A stretch of DNA of 64,000 nucleotides from Callorhinchus milii (Eukaryota): NCBI RefSeq assembly GCF_018977255.1, contig NW_024704743.1, forward strand, positions 33,916,001 through 33,980,000. The letters run 5' to 3'. The position numbers were made by a program, and so were the translations under genes. The notes under the pieces were generated by a model that was not told the DNA's origin, ran no database searches, and saw nothing but the letters and a program-made list of their open reading frames with translations. This document shows positions 37,335 through 49,175 of the stretch, in pieces; position 1 is the stretch's first letter; each line of letters begins with the position of its first letter.

Positions 37335-37985
37335 AACAATTTGCACTTATATGCCACCCTCCATGTAGGATAATGTCTTGGAGCTCTTCACATTGGTGCA
37401 GGCAACAAGCAAAGGAGAAGTGGGAGCGGGAGGTGACCATAGGCGCTGTCAAAGAGGTAGGTTTTAAGGTAGGATTTAAAAATACCTAAAGAGAAGGCAA
37501 AGTGGAGGGATAGATGCAGGAAGTTGGCTGAAGGTGGTGTGGGGGGATCAGGAGACACATAGCAGGCCTGTATTGGCTCAATGTAGGCGGTGGGCAAGTG
37601 AGTGGGGTACAAGCAGATCAGAAAGATAGGGAGGTGCTAGGGTGTGAAGGGATTTATATGTGATTGTGAAGACGTTGAAGTCGATTTGTTCAGAAATAGG
37701 AAATTCATGGAGCCTGGCTGAAGATTGGGGTGCGTAGTTTGGTGTGGTGAGGATATGAGCAGCAGAGTTTTGTATTAGTTGGACCTCAGGATTGGTGGAA
37801 CTGTGGAGACCAGAGAGGTGAGCAAGTTGTTGATGAAGGTTTTGGCAGCTTTAGATGTGAGATAAGGGGTGGAGGCGGGTGGTGGTGGAGGAAACCGGTC
37901 CTGGTCAGTGATCGAATGTGGGGTAGGAAGACAGCTGTAGATCGAACTGATGCCAGGGTTGTGCACAGAATTGGTGAGTTTTAGA
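37335..37985 (-). mobile_element. Old L2 3' fragment
   Basis: FKSYLKTYLFDSAYGH; collinear with 44235-44960. Confidence 0.75.
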
Positions 37986-39104
37986 GATAGGCTAGGATGA
38001 TTGCTTTTTATATGTCATTACTATTATGGAATTTTGAGCAAAATAGCTACTGTTTGGCTACAAAACACAGAGCACTTATCCATGTTATTGGCATTATAAA
38101 ATGCAAGTTCTTTCTAAATAAAGAATTAGAGTTGCAGCATTGAAAACCGTAATAAGTAAAGGTACATCACACTAAAGCACAGGAATTCCTCTCTGACACA
38201 ATCTGCTTCAAGAGTAGAGATCCTGTGGGTGTACAGAAATTCTTGCGAGATTCCTTATTAAATAACTAAAGTAGACCTCAAATGCACAAAGATTCACCGT
38301 AGTCTAACTAATGCTGGAGCGATTATGTAAATAGTATTCTACTAATTATGACCTTCAACCCAGTGAAAATATGAAAATGTATCCTGTGTATTATAAAATA
38401 ATTAAGATGGGTATGAAATGAGAGAGTATCATAGCAAACTATTTTTGCATATACGATGCAAGTGTATTTAACGTGAAACCTCAGGCTCCAAACAACGTAT
38501 CTCAAATACACAGAACACTCCTATGTGATCTGGTTGCCCAAACTAATTATTTTTTATCCTTTCATTTTCTCAGTTAAGAAAGTTTAATTTCCTCTCACTG
38601 ACAGTAGACAAGTTTCTTTCGAGAGATTCTTGTCAGATGGTCATGTCACAATGCTTGGAATTACTAGACAAAATATGTTGGATGCCCAAAAAGCCAGAAT
38701 TAATTGGGATGTATAAAACAACAACAAAATTACATTTGGGGAGACCAATAAGTACTTGGGAAGCAAGGGTATTAAGGAGTATGGAGAAAAGGCAGGGAAA
38801 TGGACTAAAAGATGTGCCATGGTCTATTAAACCTGAGGAACAATGTTGGATGGGCTGAATGATCTCTTTCTGTTAATATTGGTTAAACGTTGCAGTACTG
38901 AATTCCTTAAGGTTTTTCTGTGTGAATTAGCTTTAAGGATTACTGTACCTCTAAATTTTTGCTTAGTATCATGCTTGCCAATTAATAATTTTTTTCAGTC
39001 ACCTTTTCCTCTCCCACCCTCCTCAGCTCACCCTAGTCAGCTCTGTCAGGTCTTTGATATGTAACTTCTGACATAAAAGGCGCTACATAAACATTGTCTT
39101 ATAA

Positions 39105-39417
39105 GAGGTAAATGGTCGGTAACTAGAGGACAAAAAATTAAGATAATTGACAAAAGAACCAGAGGGGAGACAAAGATAATTTTTTTTACCCAGAGTAGTT
39201 ACGATCTGGAAAGCACTGCCTTAAAGGGTGGTGGAAGTAGATTTGATAGTCACTTTCAAAAGGGAATTGGATAGGTACTTGAAAAGAGTAAACATTCCAG
39301 GGCTATGGGATAAGAGCAAGGGAGTGGGACTAGTTGGATAGCTCTTTCAAAGAGCTGACATAGGCACGATGAGCCAAATGGCCAACTTCGGTACTGTAAG
39401 TTTCTATGATTCTATGA
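39105..39417 (+). mobile_element. CR1 3' end
   Basis: TRGQKLR...FFTQ..V.IWKALP-like coding; ends ttctatgattctatga, the CR1 8-bp terminal repeat. Confidence 0.85.
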
Positions 39418-39684
39418 ATTCCAAACGATTAGTTGACGTTTCATGCTTCACGTGTGGAATCAATACAATAATCCTGACTTACATCAGGAAACTGACCAGA
39501 TATCTCACCACTCACTCCATCTTCTGGGAGGTAGATCCACATATATAGTTCAGAGTATTCACTCTCCCACCACATCCATCTAGTTATACCTGATTCCCTT
39601 TTTTCTACATACAGCAACCCCCACATCCGACATCTACAGCAACACAGAAATTATTGAGGAAATGTAATCATCTCAGTCTGCATT

Positions 39685-40090
39685 TAGAAACACAGAAATC
39701 AGTGGGGAACCATTCAGTCCATCAAGCTTGCACTCGCTCAAAAAGCAAGGAGATCGCTTCAATCCCACCGCTCTGCCTTATCCTCATATCCCTTTCAAGC
39801 CCCGCTCTTTCATATGTTTTTATAGCTATATCCTTGAAAATGGTCTCAAACATATTTCTAATCAACTCACATCAATTTTTTTTTCTTGGGAGCCTGTTTC
39901 ACACATCCTCTGTGGGAAGAAAATATATTTCTGTAAATGGTTAACCTCACTCGGAGCTTTTAGTTTTAAACCTACGCCCTCCAGTTCTGCTTTTGCAGTC
40001 TAGGTCAAATAGTCTCATTAATGGCTCACAATCTTTCAATCTTTATTCCAATGAGAACAAGTTCAGTTCTGCAAGTCTCTTTTTATAATT
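39685..40090 (-). mobile_element. Old CR1 3' fragment
   Basis: ggaaccattcagtccatcaagc and cctgtttcacacatcctctgtgggaagaaatattt resemble a CR1 3' end in reverse. Confidence 0.5.
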
Positions 40091-40614
40091 TAAAAATAAT
40101 AATCTTTGTATGTGGTATAGCTAACTATAGATCCTCTAAAGTACAGTGACAGTATTATGCAGGCAAACCACTACTGCCCAGTTTGCACACAACTATGTCC
40201 CACTAACAGCCGTGAAGTAATTGACCAATTTAGCAGAGCGTATGCAGACTGAAGCTGTAAAACTGATTTTGCACAGGAAATCCAATGTGAAGGAGAAAAT
40301 TAGTTTTATTGAATGAGTTTGATTGTTAGACACCACTATTAACTTTGTAGTCAGCAGTTATCGCTTTCATTATTTTGAGTTCGTGTGTTGGAGTGGATCA
40401 GTAATGGGGCGAAGGCTTTTGTTAGAATTCACCTTTCATTAAGCAAACCCAACACAGATAATTAGACAGCACTGGATTGCCTTTTTTTATTAGTTTCTCT
40501 AGAAATTAGTGTACCTTAAACAAATCAGTCTCTTTCTTTTTGGAATGTGTAAATCAACCTTTTGTGTTCTGTTGGTACTGCACCTGTCTATTGTGAATTC
40601 TGTGCAGAATTATT

Positions 40615-40848
40615 CGCCTTCGCCGCCTCCTCCCTTTCCTCCTTCAAGGCTGGTCTCAAGACCTTTCCCTTTGACCGTGCCTTCAGCTCCCTTCTCGACT
40701 CTTTACCCCCTCCTCGCTCCCTCCCTTCCCTCCCCTCACCCTGACCATTTCCCCCCTGCTCGGGTCCTGACCCAACTGTACAGCGCCTTGGGACGTCCTC
40801 CCGACGTGAAAGGCGCTCAATAAATGGAATCTTGTTGTTGTTGTTATT
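40615..40848 (+). mobile_element. Young L2 subfamily 3' end
   Basis: FKAGLKTFPFDRAF; tail gggacgtcctcccgacgtgaaaggcgctcaataaatggaatcttgttgttgttg; near-identical to the reverse complement of 50490-50716. Confidence 0.9.
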
Positions 40849-40914
40849 GGATGGTAAAAGCAATCTAACAGTAATCAACACTGTCTTCCTATGTTATGCG
40901 AACTGTTAAGATGT

Positions 40915-41240
40915 CAGGTTAACTCATCAGTGTAGCACTCTCACCTCTGGGTTAGAAGGTTATGGGTTCAAGCCCCATATGTTGACTTGAACTCACTGTT
41001 TAAGCCAATGCTTCAGTGGAGTGGTGGGAGGAGCAATGCATTGTTTAGAGGTTCAAATGAAATCTTGTCTTCTTCGTCAGGTGGATGTGAAAGATCTCAT
41101 GGAACTATTAGAAAAATGACGGGTGTTTTTCCTGGCCAAAAAATTGACAGAAAAGTTAATCATTCACCTCATGGCTGTTTGTGGGACAGACCTTCCTGTA
41201 TGAAAAATGCTTGTGCCCAGCAATGTCACTACATTTAACA
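40915..41240 (+). mobile_element. Older Deu-SINE (family B)
   Basis: gtagcactctcacctctgggttagaaggttatgggttcaagcccc...caggtggatgtgaaagatctcatgg...ggctgtttgtgggac. Confidence 0.75.
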
Positions 41241-41369
41241 ATTGTCTCTTTTCCAAGCAAGTTCCCTTTTTAAAATATTAGTGGAGTTTATTTATGGCAG
41301 AGAATTCCACTTTTCTGTGTAAATATTGTTTTCTCTATTGTTCCCTTTAATAATAATAACCTAATAATC

Positions 41370-41975
41370 TAATAACAATTAGCTTCATATTTGATATAGC
41401 GCCTTTAACATGAAAACATCTCACATGTAATTGTTGTGTATTTTGTAGGCAAATGTAGTAATAATAATAATAATCCTTGCATTTGATATAGTGCTTTTTC
41501 GCGTCTTCTAGATGTTTCAAAGCGCTTCGCAGAATATACTATAAAGTGAATTGACTGTGTATTTGTGGACAAAACGCAGCAGCCAATTGCACACAGCAGT
41601 GTCCCACAAACAGTTGTGGATTGAAATGACCAATTTATTATTGTTTTTTTGAGGGATTATTATTAATAAGAAGACTTGCCCAAGGTTTCACCTGGCAATA
41701 TTGCACAAATCATATATTCCACAAACAGTCAGGAAATAAAAGATCAATTTTATCTGGAGGATTGTTAAATAGAACATGGGAAGATTTTCTCTTTTCTTTT
41801 GGAATAGTACCATGGGAACTTTAAAACCTGCCTGAACAAGCATTTTTAATGTTTCATCCAGAGGATATTACCTCTAACACTGCAAACTTCCCCCAGGACT
41901 GCAGTTGAGTGTTAATTCAGCAAGTCTTGAACCCACTACTTTCTAACCCAGAGGTGGGAGGGCTGTTGAGCCAAG
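41370..41975 (-). mobile_element. Older Deu-SINE with a young family A SINE nested at 41460-41695
   Basis: Two successive tails (41380 and 41460); the young body ends at gcccaaggtttc; the old body resumes at aatattgcac..ccacaaacag and runs to the head ttctaacccagaggtgggag. Confidence 0.7.
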
Positions 41976-42472
41976 ATAATACTATTAATTATTTTCTGAA
42001 AGAAGTAAATTCCATTAGTAAATGAAAACATGCCAGGTTCTCTGCTGCTACTGCAGTTATAAAACTTAATGCTTGCTCAGACCATGATTGAATACTACCT
42101 GGTTTGGTAAGCCTTAAAGGCAGTGGAAAATTGTAGTTTTCCCAGATCAACTAACTGCAAGGATCAATGAAGTGTTTCAATCAACAATGTGTTTCTTAAC
42201 TGCTTTGTGCTTCTTATTGATTTGCCTTTGAACAGGACATTTTATATTTCTTTTGAGTTTCTTTGAGATTCTTTGAGTTTCGGCATAATATATGTTTACA
42301 AATAGTTTATGATAATTTATCAGACCACTGCTGATGTCAACTTACAAGCAGAAGGCATTCCTGTACCCTGGCTAGTCTGTCCATCACAGGAGAGAGATAC
42401 CACAGTCAAATATTTCAAATCTCAAACACCATATTTTACGGTTCGAGACGCTGATACGCAAAAAATTTTCAC

Positions 42473-42722
42473 CAGCAGCATCCCAAATGCACACTCTGGG
42501 GTCCCCAAGCCTTGGCTCTTGCCAACCTGCGCCTAACACTTTCCAGAATTAGGTAAGCAGGATGCATCCCTCCAGGAAGAGAGTGCGCATTCCATTCCAA
42601 CAATCTATCTCTGGGATGTCCATGTGTAGGTGGGATGCATGGAAATCTCAGCTTGGTTTGGATACCTTTAAGCATGCTGATGGGTTTCCACATGTGTCAG
42701 ACACCCAGCTGACCAAAAAACA
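42473..42722 (+). repeat. Unclassified interspersed repeat, 3' half
   Basis: cacactctggggtccccaagccttggctcttgccaacc...cattccaacaatctatctctg...gtgtaggtgggatgcatggaaat matches the reverse complement of 47575-47810. Confidence 0.8.
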
Positions 42723-43279
42723 AATAGTGGGAAGCTGTAAGTGGGCAAATTTTCATCGGCAGCTGAGGATACAAGGCTCTGAAGCATCATTATCTGTTTT
42801 TCACCATTGTAGATAGGAGCTAGTACATTATTAATGTCATGCCCTGGTTGCCAACTGTGCACAGATTATTTATAAGAATGATTTTACTTCACCCAATCAA
42901 TCTCTGCTCTAAGTACTTTGTAGAGCTGGAGGCAGTTCTGCTGCTGGGTTCTCCATGGGTAAATGATGCTAGTCCAGCAACAACTGAGCACAACTACTTG
43001 GAACATTCTTCTTATAACATACAATCCAATTGTGTTTACGATGCGAATGGAAGCCATTCAATCCATTATGTTTCCGCTGTGAGCTCCCACTCCCTTTCCA
43101 CTACTCTTTCACCCAACGTATCTGAACCGGTATTAACTCCCACACCTTCTCTAATCTCATTCCTCTACACTTTCTGTTGCTTTTTGTTTGATCTCTGCTT
43201 TTGCTTGAAACCTGCCAATTTTAAATTTCTGTCCTTTAGTTCTGCTTCACAATTAATTCACATTTAATTAAATCTCTGT

Positions 43280-43304
43280 TATGTATGTATGTATGTATGT
43301 ATGT

Positions 43305-43344
<40 letters not shown>
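43280..43344. repeat. Compound (TATG)n/(TG)n microsatellite
   Basis: Directly visible. Confidence 0.95.
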
Positions 43345-43349
43345 TTTTG

Positions 43350-43930
43350 ACTTAATTGGTAGCTCCATCCTTCTTTGTCTCTCCTCCCTGGTAGACTTTT
43401 GTGGTTCTTCACTTCCCTGGTTTCAGCCTGACTGTTCCAGTGTCATCACTATGTCTCTTTTAATTGCTTCTCCACCTGCCCCTACGCAGCCACCTGCAGA
43501 GTTCCTCAGGGTTATATCCTTTGTCCTTTCCTTTTCTTCATCTACGTGCCATCCCCCCTCAATAATATCACCTACAGGAATGGGGACCATTCCATATGTA
43601 TGTGGATGACACCCAACTCTACCTCTCTGCTTCCACCCTGGACTCCAGCACCAGTGCTGTTATGACAGACTGTCTGTTAGACATCCAATTCCCAATGCCC
43701 TGCTCCTCCATAAATTCCTGACCATTCAGGACTTCAAAGCTCAGATCCTCTCCCTGCTTCATGACTCTCGTCTCCTCCCCACCATCAATAAATGAGCTTT
43801 CAGCCTATTTGTCCCTGCCCTCTAGGATCTTACTTTCCAAATCCCTCTGCCTTGCCCATTCCCCCTCCCTCTCAACTTTGAAAACTTGAATAAAAACTTA
43901 TCTCTTTCTGCTTTGGCCACCTCCCTGTTA
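43350..43930 (+). mobile_element. Old, internally deleted L2 RT-to-3' fragment
   Basis: gagttcctcaggg (VPQG), tatgtggatgacacccaactctac (YVDDTQLY) and ttgaataaaaacttatctct. Confidence 0.7.
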
Positions 43931-44231
43931 CAACTCATCTCCCTGGGTGTGTCAGCCTGGCCCAGTGGTAACATTTCTCGCCTCTGAGTCAGAAGGTTGT
44001 AGGTTCAAATCCTATGTGGGCACTTGGAATCACAAAGTCTAAGATGACACTCCAATGGTGTGCTGTACTAAAGTGTTAGTACATGAGGTTACTCATTGCG
44101 AGAATAGTGTGAACAGTGTAATACATGGCGAGAGCTGGCTATAGTTTATAACTATAATAATAATTCTTACATTTCATATAGCAGCTTTCGCATCTGGAGG
44201 ATGTCCCAGAAACCTTCACAGGAAATACAAA

Positions 44232-44965
44232 AACAACAACAACTTGCATGTCTATTGCGCCGTTCACATATGGTAGCATCCCGGAGCACTTCACAGTGGC
44301 TGAGTCTGACAACGAGCCAGGGGGAGAGGGAGGTGGGGAGGTGACCATAAGCTTGATCAAAAAGGAAGATCTTTAGGTGGGATTTGAAGGTGGCAGGCAG
44401 AGAGCAAGGTGGAGGGATTAAGGGAGAGAGTTCCCAAGTTTCAGGGGCATAGTGGCTGAAGGCACGGCCACTGATGATGGAGCGGAGGGGATGAGGGATG
44501 AACAGGAGGCCGGAGCCAGCCAAGCGGAGGCAGAAGGTGGTGTAGTGGGGGTGTAAGCAGATCAGATTGAAAGGGAGGTGCCAGGGCATGAAGGGATTTG
44601 AAAATGAGTGAGAGGATCTTGAAATTGTTCCGTTTGGTAAATGGGAGGCAGTGGAGCCTGGCAAGGACTGGGTGATGGGGATATGGGGTTTTGTGCAGGT
44701 GAGTATCCGAGTTTTGGATGAATTGAATTCTGTGTACGGTGGAGCTGGAGACACCAGCGAGGAAGGCGTTGGAATAGTTCCAGCCGGGAAGTGACAAAGG
44801 CGGGGCGAGAGTTTTGGCTGCGTTAGTTGTGAGGTACGGATAGAGGCAGGCAATGTGACGGAGGTGGAAAAAAGCAGTCCTGGTCAGGGAATGGATGTGG
44901 GGTAGAAAGAAAAGTTGGGGATCAAACCTGATGCCTCAGTTGCACACGGGCTCGGTGAGTCTGAA
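44232..44965 (-). mobile_element. L2 3' fragment
   Basis: NYSNAFLAG, PVLARLHCLP, FKILSLIFKSLHALAP and FKSHLKIFLFDQAY; (CAA)n tail at 44232. Confidence 0.9.
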
Positions 44966-45799
44966 ATACTGTTCAGTGACTGTGTATTTTATTTTATGGG
45001 CGAATCCAATAACAAATTTGTGCATAGCAATGACCTACAAACAGCCATGAAGTGAGCTTCCTGTGTGTATCACTGGGGTGCTGGAGAACATGGAAGTACT
45101 GACCAGTGTCTGGTTTGCATGCTCGTCTATAACGTGGGTTAGAATTTTCTGGATCCCAACAAGGATGGTATAGTGTATTACAACAACAACAACTTGGATT
45201 TATATAGCGCCCTCCACGCTGGACAGTGTCTCAGTATTATCTGGTATTGCATTAGCATTTGTCCCACGTATATTCTGACTTGTCAAATCACTTCAAGATG
45301 GATTTATTGATAACACACCTACTTAAATTGGTTTTGATTAGGATAAAATACTGTTGCTGAGTTGCAATATGTAGCTATGAGATTTTGATTTAAAGGCTGT
45401 CAGCAAAAGTTGAAGCCTTGATTTCTGAGTTAACCCCCGAATGCTTTTTCTACTGCTGATAACAAAAGACCGAGGGTGAAAAACTCGAGATGTGATGTGA
45501 TAATTGTCAGTGATTGAGTTAGGCAAATACCATGCAGTGGGACTGAACCTGGCCTTCTCCACAGGCGCCAACAAAAATGGTGGTCAGTGGCTTTGGCTGG
45601 ATTTGTGTCAAACTATTTTGCCATGGGGTGGGTGTGGGGGTGGGGGAGGGTTCAGAACCAAACCATATTCCGGAATTGTGATTTTTTGTTAACACAAATC
45701 TTTTTTTAAACAGCTTTGTTAGCAAATTACATGGTTTCCTGTTTACAAATGCCACATTTTAGATCCCATTGGCACATTGGTGTTAGTTTTAGTAATAGA

Positions 45800-46450
45800 T
45801 GTCAGCCTGTCTCAGTTGGTAACACTCTCATCTTTCAATCAGAGGCGGTGTGGGTTCAAGATCAAGGTTGGGTTGGGAACCTGTTTGTTAGTCAATTGGC
45901 GGATCGCTTTTCTCGGGGTAATAATTACTTCAAAAAAAATAATAAATTGGTCACTCAATTCACGACTGTATGCGGGACACTGCTGTGCGCAATTGGCTGC
46001 TGCGTTTGGCCTTCAAAATTTACTGTCAATTCACTCTACAGTATATTCTGTGAAGTACTTTGAGACGTCATGAAGAAGTGATCAGGAGCTATATCAAATA
46101 CAAGGATTATCATTATTATTGAACTCCCAGTCTAGGCTGATACTCCAATACAGTGCTAAGGGAGTGTTGCATTGTCAGAGGTGTTGTGTTTTGGACGAGA
46201 CATTAAGAAAGATCCTGGCAGCCTATTTAGGTGGACGATAAGATCCCATGGACTAATTGAAAAGTGAAGGGAGTTTTGTGTGCTGGCCAACATTCTTCCA
46301 GATTTAAAAAAAGTCACTGACTTCCCGCTGTTTGTGAGACATTAGTTGTCACATCTGCCCACAAATAAAGTCTTTAGACTTTACAGAAAAACTCTGTGAA
46401 GTGCTTAGAAACATTACAACATAATAAGGCACTGTATCAAATTCAAGATT
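45800..46450 (+). mobile_element. Older Deu-SINE (family B) with a young family A SINE nested at 45877-46120
   Basis: Old head gtcagcctgtctcagttggtaacactctc; young body and tail; the old body resumes at gaactcccagtctaggctgatactcc; gaac occurs at both junctions. Confidence 0.8.
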
Positions 46451-46904
46451 TAATCTATTTCTTCCTGTAGTGCAGAAGTATAAATATGCTGTATAATTCT
46501 TGCGATAATATTGTTCACTGAGAAAGTGTCTTGCAAAATGTGAATTTATAATCTCCCTTCAGGTTTCATCTTTGATGGAACATTTTTTTAGTGTGAGAAT
46601 AAAATGGATCAAAAACCAATGCCTGAATGTGTTGTTTAGTTCAGCTAATACACACTAAAGTAATCATCTTTCTCATGGATTACATGGATTACAGAATAAT
46701 GTGAAATCTTATAGCTGCAGGCTATGAAGAAAACAATACATTTGTGTCTACCTGAACCTTTTTGTTAGCATTAAATTGCAACAAAAATGAGGCAAAATGC
46801 AGTATAAAACTGGTGTTTGATTTTTGTGTACTTTCTATCTGGGTTTAGTAGACAAGTGAGACTTTGATGTTCAACTCGTATATCTCTGATAAACTCATTC
46901 GATA

Positions 46905-47170
46905 AACACCTTGGGCAAGTTTCCTTACTCCACACGCTTGATAATAATCCCTCAAGAAAAAAGATAATAGTAAAATAATAATAATAAAATAATAATAATT
47001 TGGTCACTCAATCCACGACTGTTTGTGGGACACTGCTGTGCACAATTGGCTGCTGTGCTTTGCCCAAAAATGTACAATCAATTCACTTTACAGTATATTC
47101 TGTGAAGTGCTTTGAGATGTCTCAAAGACGTGAAAAGCACTATATCAAATGCAAGGATTATTATTATTAT
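46905..47170 (+). mobile_element. Young SINE family A (short variant), headless
   Basis: ccttgggcaagtttccttactccacacgcttgataataatc, Deu-like body, (ATT)n tail. Confidence 0.9.
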
Positions 47171-47257
47171 TTAAAACAATGCTAAGCAAACCATTACATG
47201 AGTGCGTTTCCTGTGGGGAGAGAGCAGTTGAAGAGAAATGTGATATGAAGACATTGT

Positions 47258-47536
47258 TGGGCAAGTTTCCTTACTCCACATGCCTCTGGTTACCTAGCAC
47301 TAAGTAGGAACCCGGTTGTTAGTTGATTGTCGGATTGCTTTTCTGGGGGTGATAATTCTTTTTTAAAAAAATTGGTCACTTCAATCCACAACTATTTGTG
47401 GGACACTTTTGTGTGTAATTGGCTGTCACGCTTCACCCACAAAATATAGAGTTCATTTACTTTACAGTATATTCTGTGAAGCGTCTCGAACTCGTGACAA
47501 GGCGCTATATCAAATGCAAGGATTATTATTATTATT
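47258..47536 (+). mobile_element. Young SINE family A (long variant), headless
   Basis: tgggcaagtttccttactccacatgcctctggttacctagcactaagtaggaacccgg...(ATT)n. Confidence 0.9.
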
Positions 47537-47564
47537 GCGTCTTCATTGTGATTCAGGAATTCCT

Positions 47565-48105
47565 CTTTTTTTGATCAGCCAGGTGTCTGACAAGCAGAAA
47601 CCATGCTTAAGAGTATCCAAACCAAACTGAAATTTCCATGCATCCCACCTACACATGAAAATCACAGAGATAGATTGTTGGAATGAAATGTGCACTCTCT
47701 CCCTGGAAGCACCCAATCTGTTTACCCAATTCCGGAAAGTAATTGTATACAAGTTTGGCAAGAACCAAGGCTTGGGGAACCCAGAGTGTGAGTTGAGGTA
47801 CTGCTGGAGTCTAACCAGCTAAAACTGCATAGCTTGCCGTTGATATCATTCTGGCAAGCTTTCTCACTGGTGTCCAACTAGAACCATCCTATCTGTTAGG
47901 GCTTTGGCTTTCAGGGTTGACAGGAGCTGAGTAGGATGACTCCCTGACCCCAGTCTGCCTTTCCACGTCCTGCCGATGAGTCAGGCTGGCTGTGCGAACA
48001 CTCCTGGCTCAGGAACCGGACTACCGAGACTGTAACAGAGTGCATGCTTGATTTCGACATTCCTTTGCCATGCATGTCACCTTGGATCAGGTTCAACTGC
48101 AAGGA
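47565..48105 (-). repeat. Unclassified ~550-bp interspersed repeat, most complete copy
   Basis: Aligns by eye with 23436-23948, 42473-42722 and 55595-56102. Confidence 0.8.
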
Positions 48106-48109
48106 GATC

Positions 48110-48725
48110 CTTGACATGGGATCTTTAACATCTACCAGAACAGGCAGCTGATGCCTTGGTTTAATATCACATCTGAAAGACAGGACCGCTGACAATGCTT
48201 CACCCCTCCAGAACTGCTTTTGAGTGCCAGCCTAGACCTTGTTTTCAAAGTCCTAACATGGGGCTTGAACCATTCTGACTCAGTGATCAGAGTCCCACCA
48301 ATTGAGCCAGGTGACAATGGTGACACTGACACGTGATACATCAACAACAACAAAATTACATTTGTATAGAGCCTTTCATGTCGGGAGGACATCCCAAGGT
48401 GCTGATACTGACAAGCTGACAATGATCTGCTTGGTGCTGTAGTCCATTCCTACCAACAGTATCCATGTGTTACTGGAGTGGGAGCAAATACGAGAAAAAT
48501 GTATGGAAAACTCCCTTCTCCTTTCAAATAGCATCATGTGGACAAGCAGATGATTCCTTGGTTTTACATCTCATCCAAAAGACACCCCTCAACAATGCAG
48601 CTCTCTGCCCAGGATTCGACTAGAGTGTCAGCTTAGCCCCTACACTTGAAGCCCCTGAAAGCACTTGAACCAACTAGGTTCTGGGCCAGAGGTGATATTG
48701 CTGCCAATCACAACAGGCTGACACC
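48110..48725 (-). mobile_element. Two older family B SINE 5' halves separated by a short L2 tail (48343-48405)
   Basis: catgggatctttaacatc...ggcttgaaccattctgactcag; caacaacaacaaaattacatttgtatagagcc; tggttttacatctcatccaaaagac. Confidence 0.65.
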
Positions 48726-48874
48726 TTGAGCTGTGGTATAGGCTAAAACTTACTTCAGATTCATTGAGAATTAGAGTTTTCTGTTCAATACAGCTCTGAA
48801 CTGATGCATGAAAATCATGAGTTGGAACAGAATCCTATGGTGGAAATAACTGTAACCACTTTGTGTAACACTTA

Positions 48875-49175
48875 ATTCCTTGCATTTGATATAGCGCTTT
48901 TCACGTCGGGAGGTCGTCCCAAAGCGCTTCACAGAATACACTGTAAAGTGAATTGACTGTATATTTGTGGGCAAACGCGGCAGCCAATTGCACACAGCAA
49001 TGTCCCACAAACAGTCGTAGATTGAAAGTGACCAATTTATTATTGTTTTTAGTTTTGGAGGGATTATTATTAGGCGTGTGGAGTAAGGAAACTTGCCCAA
49101 GGTTTTGCTCTGCCTGGAATTGAACTCAGGTCTCTCGCTTGCAAAGCGAGTGCTCTAACTACTGAGCCACAGGAC
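48875..49175 (-). mobile_element. Young SINE family A (short variant), full length
   Basis: Near-identical to 54288-54610; head reverse complement gtcctgtggctcagtagttagagcactcgctttgcaagcgag. Confidence 0.92.
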
